From NCBI GenBank assembly GCA_965222155.1, contig CBDCTH010000001.1, positions 31,401-95,400 on the forward strand: a DNA stretch of 64,000 nt. Reading direction: 5' to 3'. This document shows positions 29,735-39,164 of the stretch, piece after piece. Within the stretch, counting starts at the first letter, position 1, and each line of letters opens with the position of its first letter. This DNA is from Gammaproteobacteria bacterium. Lineage in GTDB: Bacteria > Pseudomonadota > Gammaproteobacteria > Eutrophobiales > Eutrophobiaceae. Below the pieces are notes generated by a model. The model was not told the DNA's origin. It did no database searches and saw only the letters and a list, made by a program, of their open reading frames with translations. The position numbers and the translations under genes are program-made.

Positions 29735-30781
29735 GTGGAAAATTATACAGGTTGGGATATTGGCGGCGCACATTTAAAGATCGCCAGTCTGGATAAAAAC
29801 GGGGCACTGTGTACCCTGGGCCAGTTTGCCACTCCATTATGGCAAGGCATCGATATGCTGAAGGATCCCGTCACCCGGGCGGTCAATTCTCTGCCTTCAG
29901 GTAACTGTGTCCATACCCTGACCATGACCGGAGAACTGGCAGACTGCTTTCCAGGACGCCGGGACGGGGTGATACAACTGGTGGATTATATATCGGCTCG
30001 GCTTGGCCCTAGTACCCCGCTCTATGTGTATGCAGGCAGCAAAGGTTTGGTAACGCCTGACCGGGTGCCTGACTGTCATACCGACATCGCCTCAGCCAAC
30101 TGGCATGCAACTGCGACTTATGTTGCCAAATACCTGGGATCAGGAATTCTGATAGACCTGGGTACTACCACAACCGATATCATTCCTTTCCATGAACACC
30201 AGGTTTGTAGCCGCGGCTACACCGACCAGGAGCGGTTGAGAACCGGTGAACTGGTGTATACGGGCATAACGAGAACGCCTGTTATGGCAGTCCTTGAGCG
30301 CGTACCGTACAAGGATGTGTGGCAATCAATCGCGGCGGAGTATTTTGCCGGCATGGCGGACGTATACCGTATCACCGGTGACCTGGATGAACGCTTCGAT
30401 TTAATGCCCGCGGCTGACGCGGGTGAGAAAACCCGCTACCATAGCGTTAAACGCCTGGCGAGGATGCTAGGAGCGGAATATAACACAACGGATGCTATTG
30501 AGCCCTGGTTGGATGTAGCACATCATATCGCTGAAAAACAATTTGAAAGAATCGACCAGGCTTTCAATAACGTTACGGACAGGCTGGGAAAAACCGTACG
30601 GAACAACATCGTTGCTGCTGGAGCAGGGCGCTTTATTATTGAGAAACTGGCACAGAAGAATAACTACGGGGTAATTGATTTTGAGGATTTATTGCCAACT
30701 TCCGACAAGAATTTGCGCGCCGTCAATAATTGCTCAACAGCGGTGGCAGTCGCCGGATTAACCCGCATGTTGCACCTTTGA
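29729..30781 (+). CDS. hydantoinase/oxoprolinase-family protein (Orf9, MfnF-like)
   Basis: GWDIGGAHLK, TMTGELADCF, SANW.A, DLGTTTTDI, GELVYTG. Confidence 0.85.
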   Translation: MHVENYTGWDIGGAHLKIASLDKNGALCTLGQFATPLWQGIDMLKDPVTRAVNSLPSGNCVHTLTMTGELADCFPGRRDGVIQLVDYISARLGPSTPLYVYAGSKGLVTPDRVPDCHTDIASANWHATATYVAKYLGSGILIDLGTTTTDIIPFHEHQVCSRGYTDQERLRTGELVYTGITRTPVMAVLERVPYKDVWQSIAAEYFAGMADVYRITGDLDERFDLMPAADAGEKTRYHSVKRLARMLGAEYNTTDAIEPWLDVAHHIAEKQFERIDQAFNNVTDRLGKTVRNNIVAAGAGRFIIEKLAQKNNYGVIDFEDLLPTSDKNLRAVNNCSTAVAVAGLTRMLHL

Positions 30782-30811
30782 ATATGATGACAAATCATCA
30801 GAACGGGTGTA

Positions 30812-31170
30812 ATGACAAATCGTCAGGACAGACGATTTACAAAGTACGTCCTGTACTTTGCCCCGTTGGGGCTAGCCCGCATTTCTCACCAGTTGATGCG
30901 ATGATCGTGCCGGATTTTAGATGTGCGCCTTCCATGGCGCACACCCTGCGGGCATCCTTCGGATGTCCAAATCTGCTCCGGGCAGATTTGTGCCGCCAGC
31001 GGGTGCCTGCGACCGAAAGCATAGCCGTAGTTCTGGTTGAGGGACAAATTGTCAGGACAGACAATTTGCACGGCGACAGCCGCCCGCAGGGTTGCGCCCA
31101 GAGCCTGCCCCCCTGCTTACAACCGCAGGGGCAAGCTCTGTATGGAGTTGAGCAGGGGGAAGTGCGCAAT
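30812..31170. repeat. composite cluster of nested palindromic elements between orf9 and pabB
   Basis: Contains segments homologous to elements at 16569, 18590-18732 and 22616-22790. Confidence 0.82.
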
Positions 31171-32521
31171 GAAGCTGGTTGAACTGGATTATGCCCGGGA
31201 CTCGGCGCTGTTGTTCAGTCGTATTGCCGGCGAACCGTGGAGCATTTTCCTGGACAGCGGATATCCGCTGATTGACAGGGGCCGTTACGACATAATGACT
31301 GCCCGACCCTACCGAACCCTTGTGACTTATGGTGATGAAACCCGGATAGCCGACGGGAAGACTCTGCAACACTCGGGGGAAGACCCGTTTGACCTGGTCA
31401 GACGGCAGTTGGGTGAACGCCGCATCAATTTATCCGGGTTCCCGTTTTCCGGCGGGGCGCTGGGGTATTTCTCCTACGACCTGGGACGCCGTATAGAACA
31501 GTTGCCGGCGCTGTGCCGGGATGATATCAACATGCCGGATATGGCCATAGGCCTGTATGACTGGGCGTTGATTGTCGATCACCATAGAAGACGAACCTGG
31601 TTGATTGCAGCAGACGAGACCAGGCTCGGCGTTGAAGAGTGGAGGGCTCTGCAGGATTTGTTCAACAGTGACAATACGCGGGAATCGGTGGGCCATTCGG
31701 TACAATCGCGCTTGCTGAATCACACCGACAAGGAGCAATATAGCGCCGCCTTTAACCGGATTCAACGCTATATCCGCGACGGTGACTGCTACCAGGTCAA
31801 CCTGGCCCAGCGTTTCAGCGTTGCCGTCACAGGCGATTCATGGAGCGTTTACCGGCAGTTAAGAAAATCCAACCCTGCTCCCTATGCCTGCTTTTTCCGG
31901 CTTGAGCAGGGCTGCATCCTGAGTTCGTCGCCGGAACGGTTTATTTCCGTATCCAATGATCAGGTAGAGACCAAGCCCATCAAGGGTACCATCAGGCGCT
32001 CTGTTTATGCCTATGAAGATAAAGCCCTGGCAGAACAATTGCTTGAGAGCGAAAAGGACCGGGCGGAAAATCTGATGATCGTGGACTTGCTGAGAAATGA
32101 TATCGGCAAGAATTGTGAAATCGGCAGCGTCATGGTCCCCAGGTTATTCGCCCTGGAAAGTTTTGCCACCGTACATCACCTGGTAAGCACTGTGACCGGC
32201 CGGCTGGCACGGAGCAAACACGCGCTTGATTTATTGCGAGGAGCTTTCCCGGGGGGGTCCATAACGGGCGCGCCCAAACTTCGGGCCATGCAGATTATCG
32301 AAGAACTGGAGGCTTATCGCCGTACCGTTTATTGCGGCGCCATCGGCTATATCGGGTTTGACGGTAATATGGATACCAATATTGCGATACGTACCCTGGT
32401 ACATAAAGATGACAGGATTTATTTCTGGGCAGGCGGAGGAATAGTAGCTGACTCCGTACCAGAAAGTGAATACAGGGAGTGCTTTACCAAGGCCGAGGCT
32501 ATTATGCGGCTGTTTGAGTAG
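31169..32521 (+). CDS. pabB: aminodeoxychorismate synthase component I
   Basis: FLDSG, GD.YQVNLAQRF, SSSPERF, PIKGT, KDRAENLMIVDLLRND, FPGGSITGAPK; upstream ORF extension is repeat-derived. Confidence 0.93.
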   Translation: MKLVELDYARDSALLFSRIAGEPWSIFLDSGYPLIDRGRYDIMTARPYRTLVTYGDETRIADGKTLQHSGEDPFDLVRRQLGERRINLSGFPFSGGALGYFSYDLGRRIEQLPALCRDDINMPDMAIGLYDWALIVDHHRRRTWLIAADETRLGVEEWRALQDLFNSDNTRESVGHSVQSRLLNHTDKEQYSAAFNRIQRYIRDGDCYQVNLAQRFSVAVTGDSWSVYRQLRKSNPAPYACFFRLEQGCILSSSPERFISVSNDQVETKPIKGTIRRSVYAYEDKALAEQLLESEKDRAENLMIVDLLRNDIGKNCEIGSVMVPRLFALESFATVHHLVSTVTGRLARSKHALDLLRGAFPGGSITGAPKLRAMQIIEELEAYRRTVYCGAIGYIGFDGNMDTNIAIRTLVHKDDRIYFWAGGGIVADSVPESEYRECFTKAEAIMRLFE

Positions 32522-32565
32522 ACCTTCTATTACCCTGTGAGCTCTGTGGCTGAACAATTTCCAAA

Positions 32566-33174
32566 ATGTGGGTAGTTAAGATCGGCGGCAGCCTGGAGAC
32601 GGCTCCCGGGATAGGTGAACTGTTGGCGTTGCTGGTTGGTTACGGACGTTCAAGCATTGTCATCGTGCCCGGCGGCGGACGATTTGCCGACCGGGTCCGG
32701 GCCAGTCAGAACAAATTGAACCTGAATGATGAGACCGCTCACGTCATGGCCATACGGGCCATGGAGCAGTTTGCCGAGGTATTGTTCGGACTGAATCCGA
32801 ATTTACACCCCATAGTCCATACAGGCGAAATTGATGCCATAAACAAAAAGGCGGCAGTCCCCGTCTGGCTTCCCGGTAAACTGCTTGCCGAACAACCTGA
32901 TATTCCTGCAAGTTGGCAGGTGACCTCCGATAGTCTGGCCCTGTGGTTTGCCGGAGAGATCAATGCAGAAGCGTTGGTCCTGGTCAAATCAGCGAGCAAC
33001 AAGACATCGGACCTGAAGCAGCTGGTTGAATCGGGTTACCTGGATGAGTATTTTCCGCAGATGCTTGCAAGAACAAACGTAAAAAAAATTGCCTGTATCA
33101 GTATCAACGACCTGGAAATCCTGCAACGGGCCTTGGCCTCCGGCACAATTCCCCAAGAAATACGGATTGTGTGA
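32566..33174 (+). CDS. amino-acid kinase family protein (Orf21, MfnE-like)
   Basis: VVKIGGSL, VPGGG.FAD, SW.VTSDSLA. Confidence 0.85.
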   Translation: MWVVKIGGSLETAPGIGELLALLVGYGRSSIVIVPGGGRFADRVRASQNKLNLNDETAHVMAIRAMEQFAEVLFGLNPNLHPIVHTGEIDAINKKAAVPVWLPGKLLAEQPDIPASWQVTSDSLALWFAGEINAEALVLVKSASNKTSDLKQLVESGYLDEYFPQMLARTNVKKIACISINDLEILQRALASGTIPQEIRIV

Positions 33175-33237
33175 GACCCGCACAAAAGGGGACGGAATTG
33201 AATTCCGTCCCCATGCTACGAAGATTTTAACGCCGGA

Positions 33238-33337
33238 TTTTTTTGTCAGGCGAGGCGGACGACGAGTGAGGGAGGGAGTGTACGTCAGGTACATGACCGA
33301 CTGAACGAGGAAATCCAACGAAGCCTGACAAAAAAAA
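33238..33337. repeat. long imperfect palindromic intergenic element
   Basis: TTTTTTTGTCAGGC...GCCTGACAAAAAAA with inner TGTAC...GTACA. Confidence 0.7.
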
Positions 33338-33356
33338 GACAAGTTAGAATAAGAAA

Positions 33357-33390
33357 GCCTGGCGCCTGAAGGAGGTTGGAGGCGCCAGGC
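33357..33390 (-). terminator. probable terminator downstream of nrdB
   Basis: GCCTGGCGCCT / AGGCGCCAGGC stem followed by TTTCTT on the minus strand. Confidence 0.6.
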
Positions 33391-33462
33391 AATAGCCGAG
33401 CTTCCTGCTGGGCTTCCCGCTGAAATTGTTTTACCGGGTCTGTTTAGCCGGATCAGTCACCG

Positions 33463-34683
33463 TTAGTCCCAGTTCAATGCGCCGCCGGTCTGATATTCAG
33501 TGACGCGCGTTTCAAAAAAGTTCTTTTCTTTGTTCAAGTCCATGAGTTCGCTCATCCATGGAAAAGGGTTGCTGGCCCCGGTATATTGTTCGTTCAAGCC
33601 AATTTGGGCGCAGCGTCGATTCGCGATGAATTTCAGGTACTCTTCAAACATGTTGGCATTGAGGCTCAGCACGCCCCGCGGCATGGTGTCATAGGCATAG
33701 CGGATTTCCAGGTCCACCGCCTCGCGTAACATGGTAATGATTTCCTGTTGAAACTCCGTGGTCCACAAATGGGGGTTTTCAATTTTTATCTGGTTGATGA
33801 CGTCTATGCCGAAGTTCATGTGCATGGATTCATCGCGCAGGATGTATTGAAACTGCTCAGCGCAACCCATCATCTTGTTGCGTCGGCCCATGGACAGGAC
33901 TTGTACGAAGCCCACGTAGAAGAAAATACCCTCAAATACGATATAGAAGGCAATCAGGTCCCGCAGCAGGCGTTGATCCGCCTCCAGCGTACCTGTATGG
34001 AACTCCGGGTCTCCAAGGCTTTGAGTGAAGCGCATGGCCCAGGAAGCCTTGTCATGTATGGCAGGAACCTCACGATACATATTGAATACCTCGGCCTCAT
34101 CCAGTCCCAGTGATTCGATGCAATACTGGTAGGCATGGGTATGCAAAGCTTCTTCAAAAGCCTGCCGCAGCAGGTATTGTCGGCATTCAGGGTTGGTTAT
34201 GTGGCGGTATACCGCCAGCACCAGGTTGTTCGCCACCAGCGAGTCCGCTGAAGCAAAAAACCCCAGGTTACGTTTTATGATGGTCCGCTCATCTTCGCTG
34301 AGGCCGTTTGGGTTTTTCCACAACGCGATGTCCGCAGTCATATTTATTTCCTGGGGCATCCAGTGATTGGCGCATGCGTCCAGGTATTTTTGCCAGGCCC
34401 ATTTGTATTTGAACGGTACCAGTTGATTCAGGTCGGCGCGGCAGTTGATCATCTGTTTGTCATCGACACTGATCCTGCCGGCGCCGAATTCAACTTCCTC
34501 CAGGCCGGTAACACCGCCTTGATCCTGCACCTGCGCAAAGAGTAACTCCGAATCAGATTGTGCAGCGCTACCCAGAGCGTCCGGTTCGTTCCCTATAACC
34601 GGCTGAGGCGGAAAGCTGGTTTCGCTCCGTTCTTGTCTGGTACCGGCAATAGGGTCATCCCAACTGGTCAGCATAATTTTCAC
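33463..34683 (-). CDS. nrdB: class Ia ribonucleotide reductase beta subunit
   Basis: [28 protein letters not shown]. Confidence 0.95.
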   Translation of the reverse strand: MKIMLTSWDDPIAGTRQERSETSFPPQPVIGNEPDALGSAAQSDSELLFAQVQDQGGVTGLEEVEFGAGRISVDDKQMINCRADLNQLVPFKYKWAWQKYLDACANHWMPQEINMTADIALWKNPNGLSEDERTIIKRNLGFFASADSLVANNLVLAVYRHITNPECRQYLLRQAFEEALHTHAYQYCIESLGLDEAEVFNMYREVPAIHDKASWAMRFTQSLGDPEFHTGTLEADQRLLRDLIAFYIVFEGIFFYVGFVQVLSMGRRNKMMGCAEQFQYILRDESMHMNFGIDVINQIKIENPHLWTTEFQQEIITMLREAVDLEIRYAYDTMPRGVLSLNANMFEEYLKFIANRRCAQIGLNEQYTGASNPFPWMSELMDLNKEKNFFETRVTEYQTGGALNWD

Positions 34684-34759
34684 CCGTCATCATGATGGTT
34701 CATGTTTCCGATATATATGTAATCTACCGGGAGCTTTGCAGAAGCCTGTTCCCGGCCCG

Positions 34760-37700
34760 TTACTGGCATGACTCACACTCTGCGTCATCCAGCGTACATA
34801 GATTGGGTTCCAACTGCTCGGAGCCTGCGCGTTCAACCGCTGCAAGCTTGTTTTCCCGGCCCCCGCTCAGGGTGCTTTTCTCAACGTGTGTCGCACCCAG
34901 GCTACGCAAGTAATAAGTTGTCTTGAGCCCGCGTATCCAGGCCAGTTTGTACAGGTTGTCCATTTTCTTACCATCCGGTGCGGACATGTACAAATTCAGT
35001 GACTGTGCCTGGTCGATCCATTTTTGCCGGCGTGATGCGCATTCCACCAGCCAGCGCGGGTCGACCTCAAAAGCGGTCGAATAAAGCATTTTCAAATCAT
35101 CCGGTATGCGGTCTATCTGCTGGACGCTGCCGTCAAAGTATTTGAGGTCGCTGACCATGACGTCATCCCAGAGTCCGCGCTCCTTGAGGTCGTTTACCAT
35201 GTAAGGGTTGACTACGGTGAACTCGCCGGACAGGTTGGATTTGACAAACAGGTTCTGGTAAGTCGGTTCAATGGATTGAGCGACAGCGCAAATGTTGGAA
35301 ATGGTTGCAGTGGGCGCAATGGCCATGCAATTGGAATTACGCATACCCGTTTTTTTCACGCGTTTGCGTAAACCGGTCCAATCCAGCTTCTGCGACTTAT
35401 CCATGTCCAGTAAGCCGTCACGGTTTTCTTCCAGTATGTCGATAGAATCAATCGGTAGAATTCCCTTGCTCCAGAGCGAGCCTTTGAAACTGGTGTAAGT
35501 ACCGCGCGCTTCGGCCAGGTCGGTTGACGCCTTGATTGCGTAGTAGCTGACCATCTCCATACTGCTGTCGGCAAACTCAATCGCTTCCCTGGACGCGTAG
35601 GGCAGGCGCAGTTTATACAGTGCATCCTGAAACCCCATGATTCCCATGCCTACCGGACGATGTTTTAAATTGGAACGGCGCGCCTGCGGCACACTGTAAT
35701 AGTTGTAGTCGATGACGTTATCCAGCATACGCATGGCGACGTTGATGGTGCGCTCCAGTTTTTCCTGGTCAAGCCCGTTTTCAGTCACGTGCTGCGCCAG
35801 GTTGACGGAACCGAGGTTGCAGACGGCAATCTCGTCATCCGAGGTGTTCAGCGTGATCTCGGTACACAGGTTGGATGAATGCACTACGCCGATATGTTGT
35901 TGTGGTGAGCGCAGGTTGCAGGGATCCTTAAACGTGAGCCAGGGGTGGCCGGTTTCGTACAGCATGGAAAGCATCTTGCGCCACAGGTCCAACGCCTTGA
36001 GGGTCTTATGCAGTTTAAGCTCGCCGCGGGCCGCCATTTGCTCATATTCCACGTAGCGCTGAGCGAATTCCTGCCCATACAGGTCATGCAAATCTCCGGT
36101 ATCGTCGGGCGAGAACAGGGTCCAGCCACCGCCTTCGCTGACCCGTTGCATGAACAGGTCGGGTATCCAGTTGGCGGTATTCATGTCATGGGTACGGCGC
36201 CGGTCATCGCCGGTATTTTTGCGCAGTTCCAGGAACTCCTCGATATCGAGATGCCAGCTTTCCAGGTATGCGCACATGGCGCCTTTACGTTTCCCGCCGT
36301 TATGAGCCAGCATACTACTGGTCATATAAGATTCATCTCCTTCGACTTTGAGGTCATAGACGAATGGAACCGGCTCAATCGTTTTCACTTCACGTATGCG
36401 GGTAAAAACACAGTCATTCCATTCCAACCAGTTTCGTTTTTTAAGCGCTTTACAATTGACCAAAGCAGCAACTTCCGGCACCGCAGGGATACGCAAGTCG
36501 TGAACCTTCGTTGTGCCGTTGAAGTGAATCAAAGTACCGTCCGCTCGTTTACCCGTATGGTGATTTTTTCGTTCACGATATTGTCCGGCGCAGGGAATAC
36601 CCAAGCGCAATAGCTGGTGGCGCAGGCCATAAATAAGTGATTTGGAGGTATTGGTAAAATAGATTTCTTTCCCCCGGCTGACAGCGCCGTCCGTTTCCAG
36701 CAATCCCTGGATCAAGGCCAGAGTTTGCTGTCGTGGCAGGTGTGAAAAACGGCGGGCAATGCGCTTACCACCTGTTGAACTGTAGACATCTTCATAACTG
36801 AAAATGAAACCAGGCATAGCGCCGGTGACAAAGCGACCGGTAGTTGCATCCCTGGCCAGTCCTGTGCCCACTGACCAGCCAATTTGCAGGTAGTTTTCAC
36901 GACGGTTCTTGACCCAGTAGTGAATTCCGCGAGCGCTGAGGTATCGTGTTACAAAATCGATGTGTGCGTCTTTGTCAGGATTCCCTGATACGCCCCATTC
37001 CAGGCCATTTTTGGAGCAATGCCCATCACCCAACAGGATACCGTATAAGCGGGCATCTGCCTCTTCCACACCGGTAACCGGCACGATCTCTTTCGGTATG
37101 ACCTGTGCGATATAATCACCTTTTTTCAACAGGCTTGCTTCTATCCATTCAGGACTGACCTTATTCTTGTTTAACCAGTTGATGGTGCGCCGGTTCTCTT
37201 GTTCCATGGGCACATTTTGTAACGCCCATAACGGATGTTCCGTCGTTACCTTAACGGGAGACAAAGAGTGTTTAGCTTTAATTTCGACCATAGGGCCAGT
37301 CTGGTTATAGGCCATCTTATCGGTGACTTCCCGGTATTGACCGCGTTGCCCAAGCACCAAGTCGCCGACTGAAACATCTTTGATAGGTTTAGCGCCATCA
37401 GCGGTATGAATGAGAGTATCTGCTGCGAAACATTGATTGACGGCAACGGCGGTGTCGTTGGCAACCTTGAGAAAGGGCACGACACCCTGAGATTTCCCGT
37501 TGGTCCCTTTAATATGGGCGCCCATTGAGCGAACCCGGCTCCAGTCATTACCCAGGCCGCCGGCAAATTTGGACAACAAGGCGTCATCCTTGATCGCACT
37601 GAAGATACCGTCCAGGTTGTCCGGCACCGTGCTCAGGTAACAACTGGAAAGCTGTGGCCGGCACGTTCCTGAATTAAACAAGGTGGGCGTAGAACTCATG

Positions 37701-38839
37701 AAGTCAAAGGAAGACAGCAGTTCATAAAATTCGATCGTCTTGTTTTCCCGGTCCAGTTCGTTAATAGCCAGGCCCATCGCCACCCGCATGAAGAAAACCT
37801 GTGGTAATTCGATACGGACCTGCTCATCGGTATGGATGAAGTAACGGTCGTACAGGGTCTGCAAACCCAGGTAGGTAAACAAATGATCCCGCTCAGGCTT
37901 CAATGCCTTGCCCAGGCGCTCCAGGTCGTATTTCACCAGTTCATGGCCCAGTAATTCCAGGGAAGCAGCCGTTTCGACGAACTTGCGGAAATAGAGCGGA
38001 TATTGCTCAGCCATCTGTGCCTGGGTTGCTTCCACGTCGTCCTGGTTGATATAGCTCAGGGCTTCCCTGCGCAAGCCGTCCAGCAACAAGCGGGCGGCGA
38101 CATAAGTGTAATTCGGTTCTTTCTCGATCAGCGCCCGGGCGCTCATAACCAATGCGGGATTTACGTCAGCCTCATTGACCCCGTCGAATATATTACGCCG
38201 TGTGTCGTCTGTAATAAGACTGCCGTCAACGTGTTCCAGGCCGTTACAGGCCTCGTTAACGACTGCGACCAGACGCTCCATGTCCAGTTTTTTTAATGTG
38301 CCGTTCCTGGTTTTCACATTGATGCCGTCCGTTGCATCGGTCTGTTCGATGTCAGCCTCCTTTTCTTTTTCGATGCGGGACCGGGCCCGCTCTTCCCTGT
38401 AGATCACGTAAGCGCGGGCAACCTTCTGCTCGCCGGCGCGCATCAATGCCAGTTCGACATGATCCTGGATATCTTCTATATGTACGGTGCCGCCGCTGGA
38501 CTGGCGGCGCGTCACGCCCCTGACTACCTGTTCGGCGAGTTCCTTTACTTTTTCGTGGACACGGGTTGACGCTGCTGCGGTGCCCCCTTCCACGTCCAGG
38601 AATGCCTTGGTGATCGCTACACTGATCTTGGATGCGTCAAAGGCAGTGACTTTACCATTGCGGCGAATAACATTGTATTCTCCGGGTTGGTAGGTGTTTA
38701 ATACGCCGCTGTATTCGCGCTTTGGCCGGTCGCCGTTCTGTCGGGCAAGTTCATTATCCGTGTGAATATTATCGGTGTTTACATCAACCACGGACTCCAC
38801 CAAGACAGGTTTTTCGCTTTGCATGCGCCGTATCCACAC
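34760..38839 (-). CDS. nrdA: class Ia ribonucleotide reductase alpha subunit with intein
   Basis: ATP cones, TPTLFN, QLSSC, SSNLCTEI, APTATIS, KTTYYLR, C-terminal CESCQ; exact start uncertain. Confidence 0.95.
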   Translation of the reverse strand: MWIRRMQSEKPVLVESVVDVNTDNIHTDNELARQNGDRPKREYSGVLNTYQPGEYNVIRRNGKVTAFDASKISVAITKAFLDVEGGTAAASTRVHEKVKELAEQVVRGVTRRQSSGGTVHIEDIQDHVELALMRAGEQKVARAYVIYREERARSRIEKEKEADIEQTDATDGINVKTRNGTLKKLDMERLVAVVNEACNGLEHVDGSLITDDTRRNIFDGVNEADVNPALVMSARALIEKEPNYTYVAARLLLDGLRREALSYINQDDVEATQAQMAEQYPLYFRKFVETAASLELLGHELVKYDLERLGKALKPERDHLFTYLGLQTLYDRYFIHTDEQVRIELPQVFFMRVAMGLAINELDRENKTIEFYELLSSFDFMSSTPTLFNSGTCRPQLSSCYLSTVPDNLDGIFSAIKDDALLSKFAGGLGNDWSRVRSMGAHIKGTNGKSQGVVPFLKVANDTAVAVNQCFAADTLIHTADGAKPIKDVSVGDLVLGQRGQYREVTDKMAYNQTGPMVEIKAKHSLSPVKVTTEHPLWALQNVPMEQENRRTINWLNKNKVSPEWIEASLLKKGDYIAQVIPKEIVPVTGVEEADARLYGILLGDGHCSKNGLEWGVSGNPDKDAHIDFVTRYLSARGIHYWVKNRRENYLQIGWSVGTGLARDATTGRFVTGAMPGFIFSYEDVYSSTGGKRIARRFSHLPRQQTLALIQGLLETDGAVSRGKEIYFTNTSKSLIYGLRHQLLRLGIPCAGQYRERKNHHTGKRADGTLIHFNGTTKVHDLRIPAVPEVAALVNCKALKKRNWLEWNDCVFTRIREVKTIEPVPFVYDLKVEGDESYMTSSMLAHNGGKRKGAMCAYLESWHLDIEEFLELRKNTGDDRRRTHDMNTANWIPDLFMQRVSEGGGWTLFSPDDTGDLHDLYGQEFAQRYVEYEQMAARGELKLHKTLKALDLWRKMLSMLYETGHPWLTFKDPCNLRSPQQHIGVVHSSNLCTEITLNTSDDEIAVCNLGSVNLAQHVTENGLDQEKLERTINVAMRMLDNVIDYNYYSVPQARRSNLKHRPVGMGIMGFQDALYKLRLPYASREAIEFADSSMEMVSYYAIKASTDLAEARGTYTSFKGSLWSKGILPIDSIDILEENRDGLLDMDKSQKLDWTGLRKRVKKTGMRNSNCMAIAPTATISNICAVAQSIEPTYQNLFVKSNLSGEFTVVNPYMVNDLKERGLWDDVMVSDLKYFDGSVQQIDRIPDDLKMLYSTAFEVDPRWLVECASRRQKWIDQAQSLNLYMSAPDGKKMDNLYKLAWIRGLKTTYYLRSLGATHVEKSTLSGGRENKLAAVERAGSEQLEPNLCTLDDAECESCQ
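36299..37432 (-). mobile_element. 378-aa intein with LAGLIDADG homing endonuclease, Gly at +1
   Basis: VNQ|CFAADT ... VTTEHP ... YGILLGDG ... QGLLETDG ... VYDLKV ... LAHN|GGKRKG. Confidence 0.92.
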
Positions 38840-38925
38840 AACTTGTTAATATTGAAATTACCGTCTGCGGGGCTTGTTAAAGACCCGGAAACGAGATGAA
38901 GCTTGTCACGTGGAAATAATTATTG

Positions 38926-38975
38926 CACTACTACATTGTGTGGTCAAGTGGTATTTACACTACAATACCTTGTGG
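38926..38975. promoter_or_regulatory. two probable NrdR boxes
   Basis: ACTACTACATTGTGTG and CTACAATACCTTGTGG upstream of nrdA. Confidence 0.6.
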
Positions 38976-39004
38976 ATTCTGCTGTGACTTAGCTTTGGAT
39001 TTCG

Positions 39005-39013
39005 TGTGGATAA
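39005..39013 (-). promoter_or_regulatory. DnaA box upstream of nrdA
   Basis: TGTGGATAA (=TTATCCACA), degenerate copies nearby. Confidence 0.6.
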
Positions 39014-39164
39014 GCTGCGTAAAAAACTGTGCAAAAACTTGTGGAACAGAATAAAATGCAGCGTTTTCAATAATCTGCCCTGGTTAGCATAAGTTGTCGT
39101 AATATATTGTTTGAAGCTGCTCAACGGTAGATGAAAAATAACAGAGAGAGAGAGAATTAAGCGT

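Noticed and set aside
31037-31168. N-terminal extension of PabB in the ORF track
   Set aside because: Entirely repeat-derived; homologous sequence begins at ATG 31169
38990-39060. Replication origin from DnaA-box cluster
   Set aside because: One perfect box only, upstream of nrdA where DnaA regulation is known; no dnaA or gidA context
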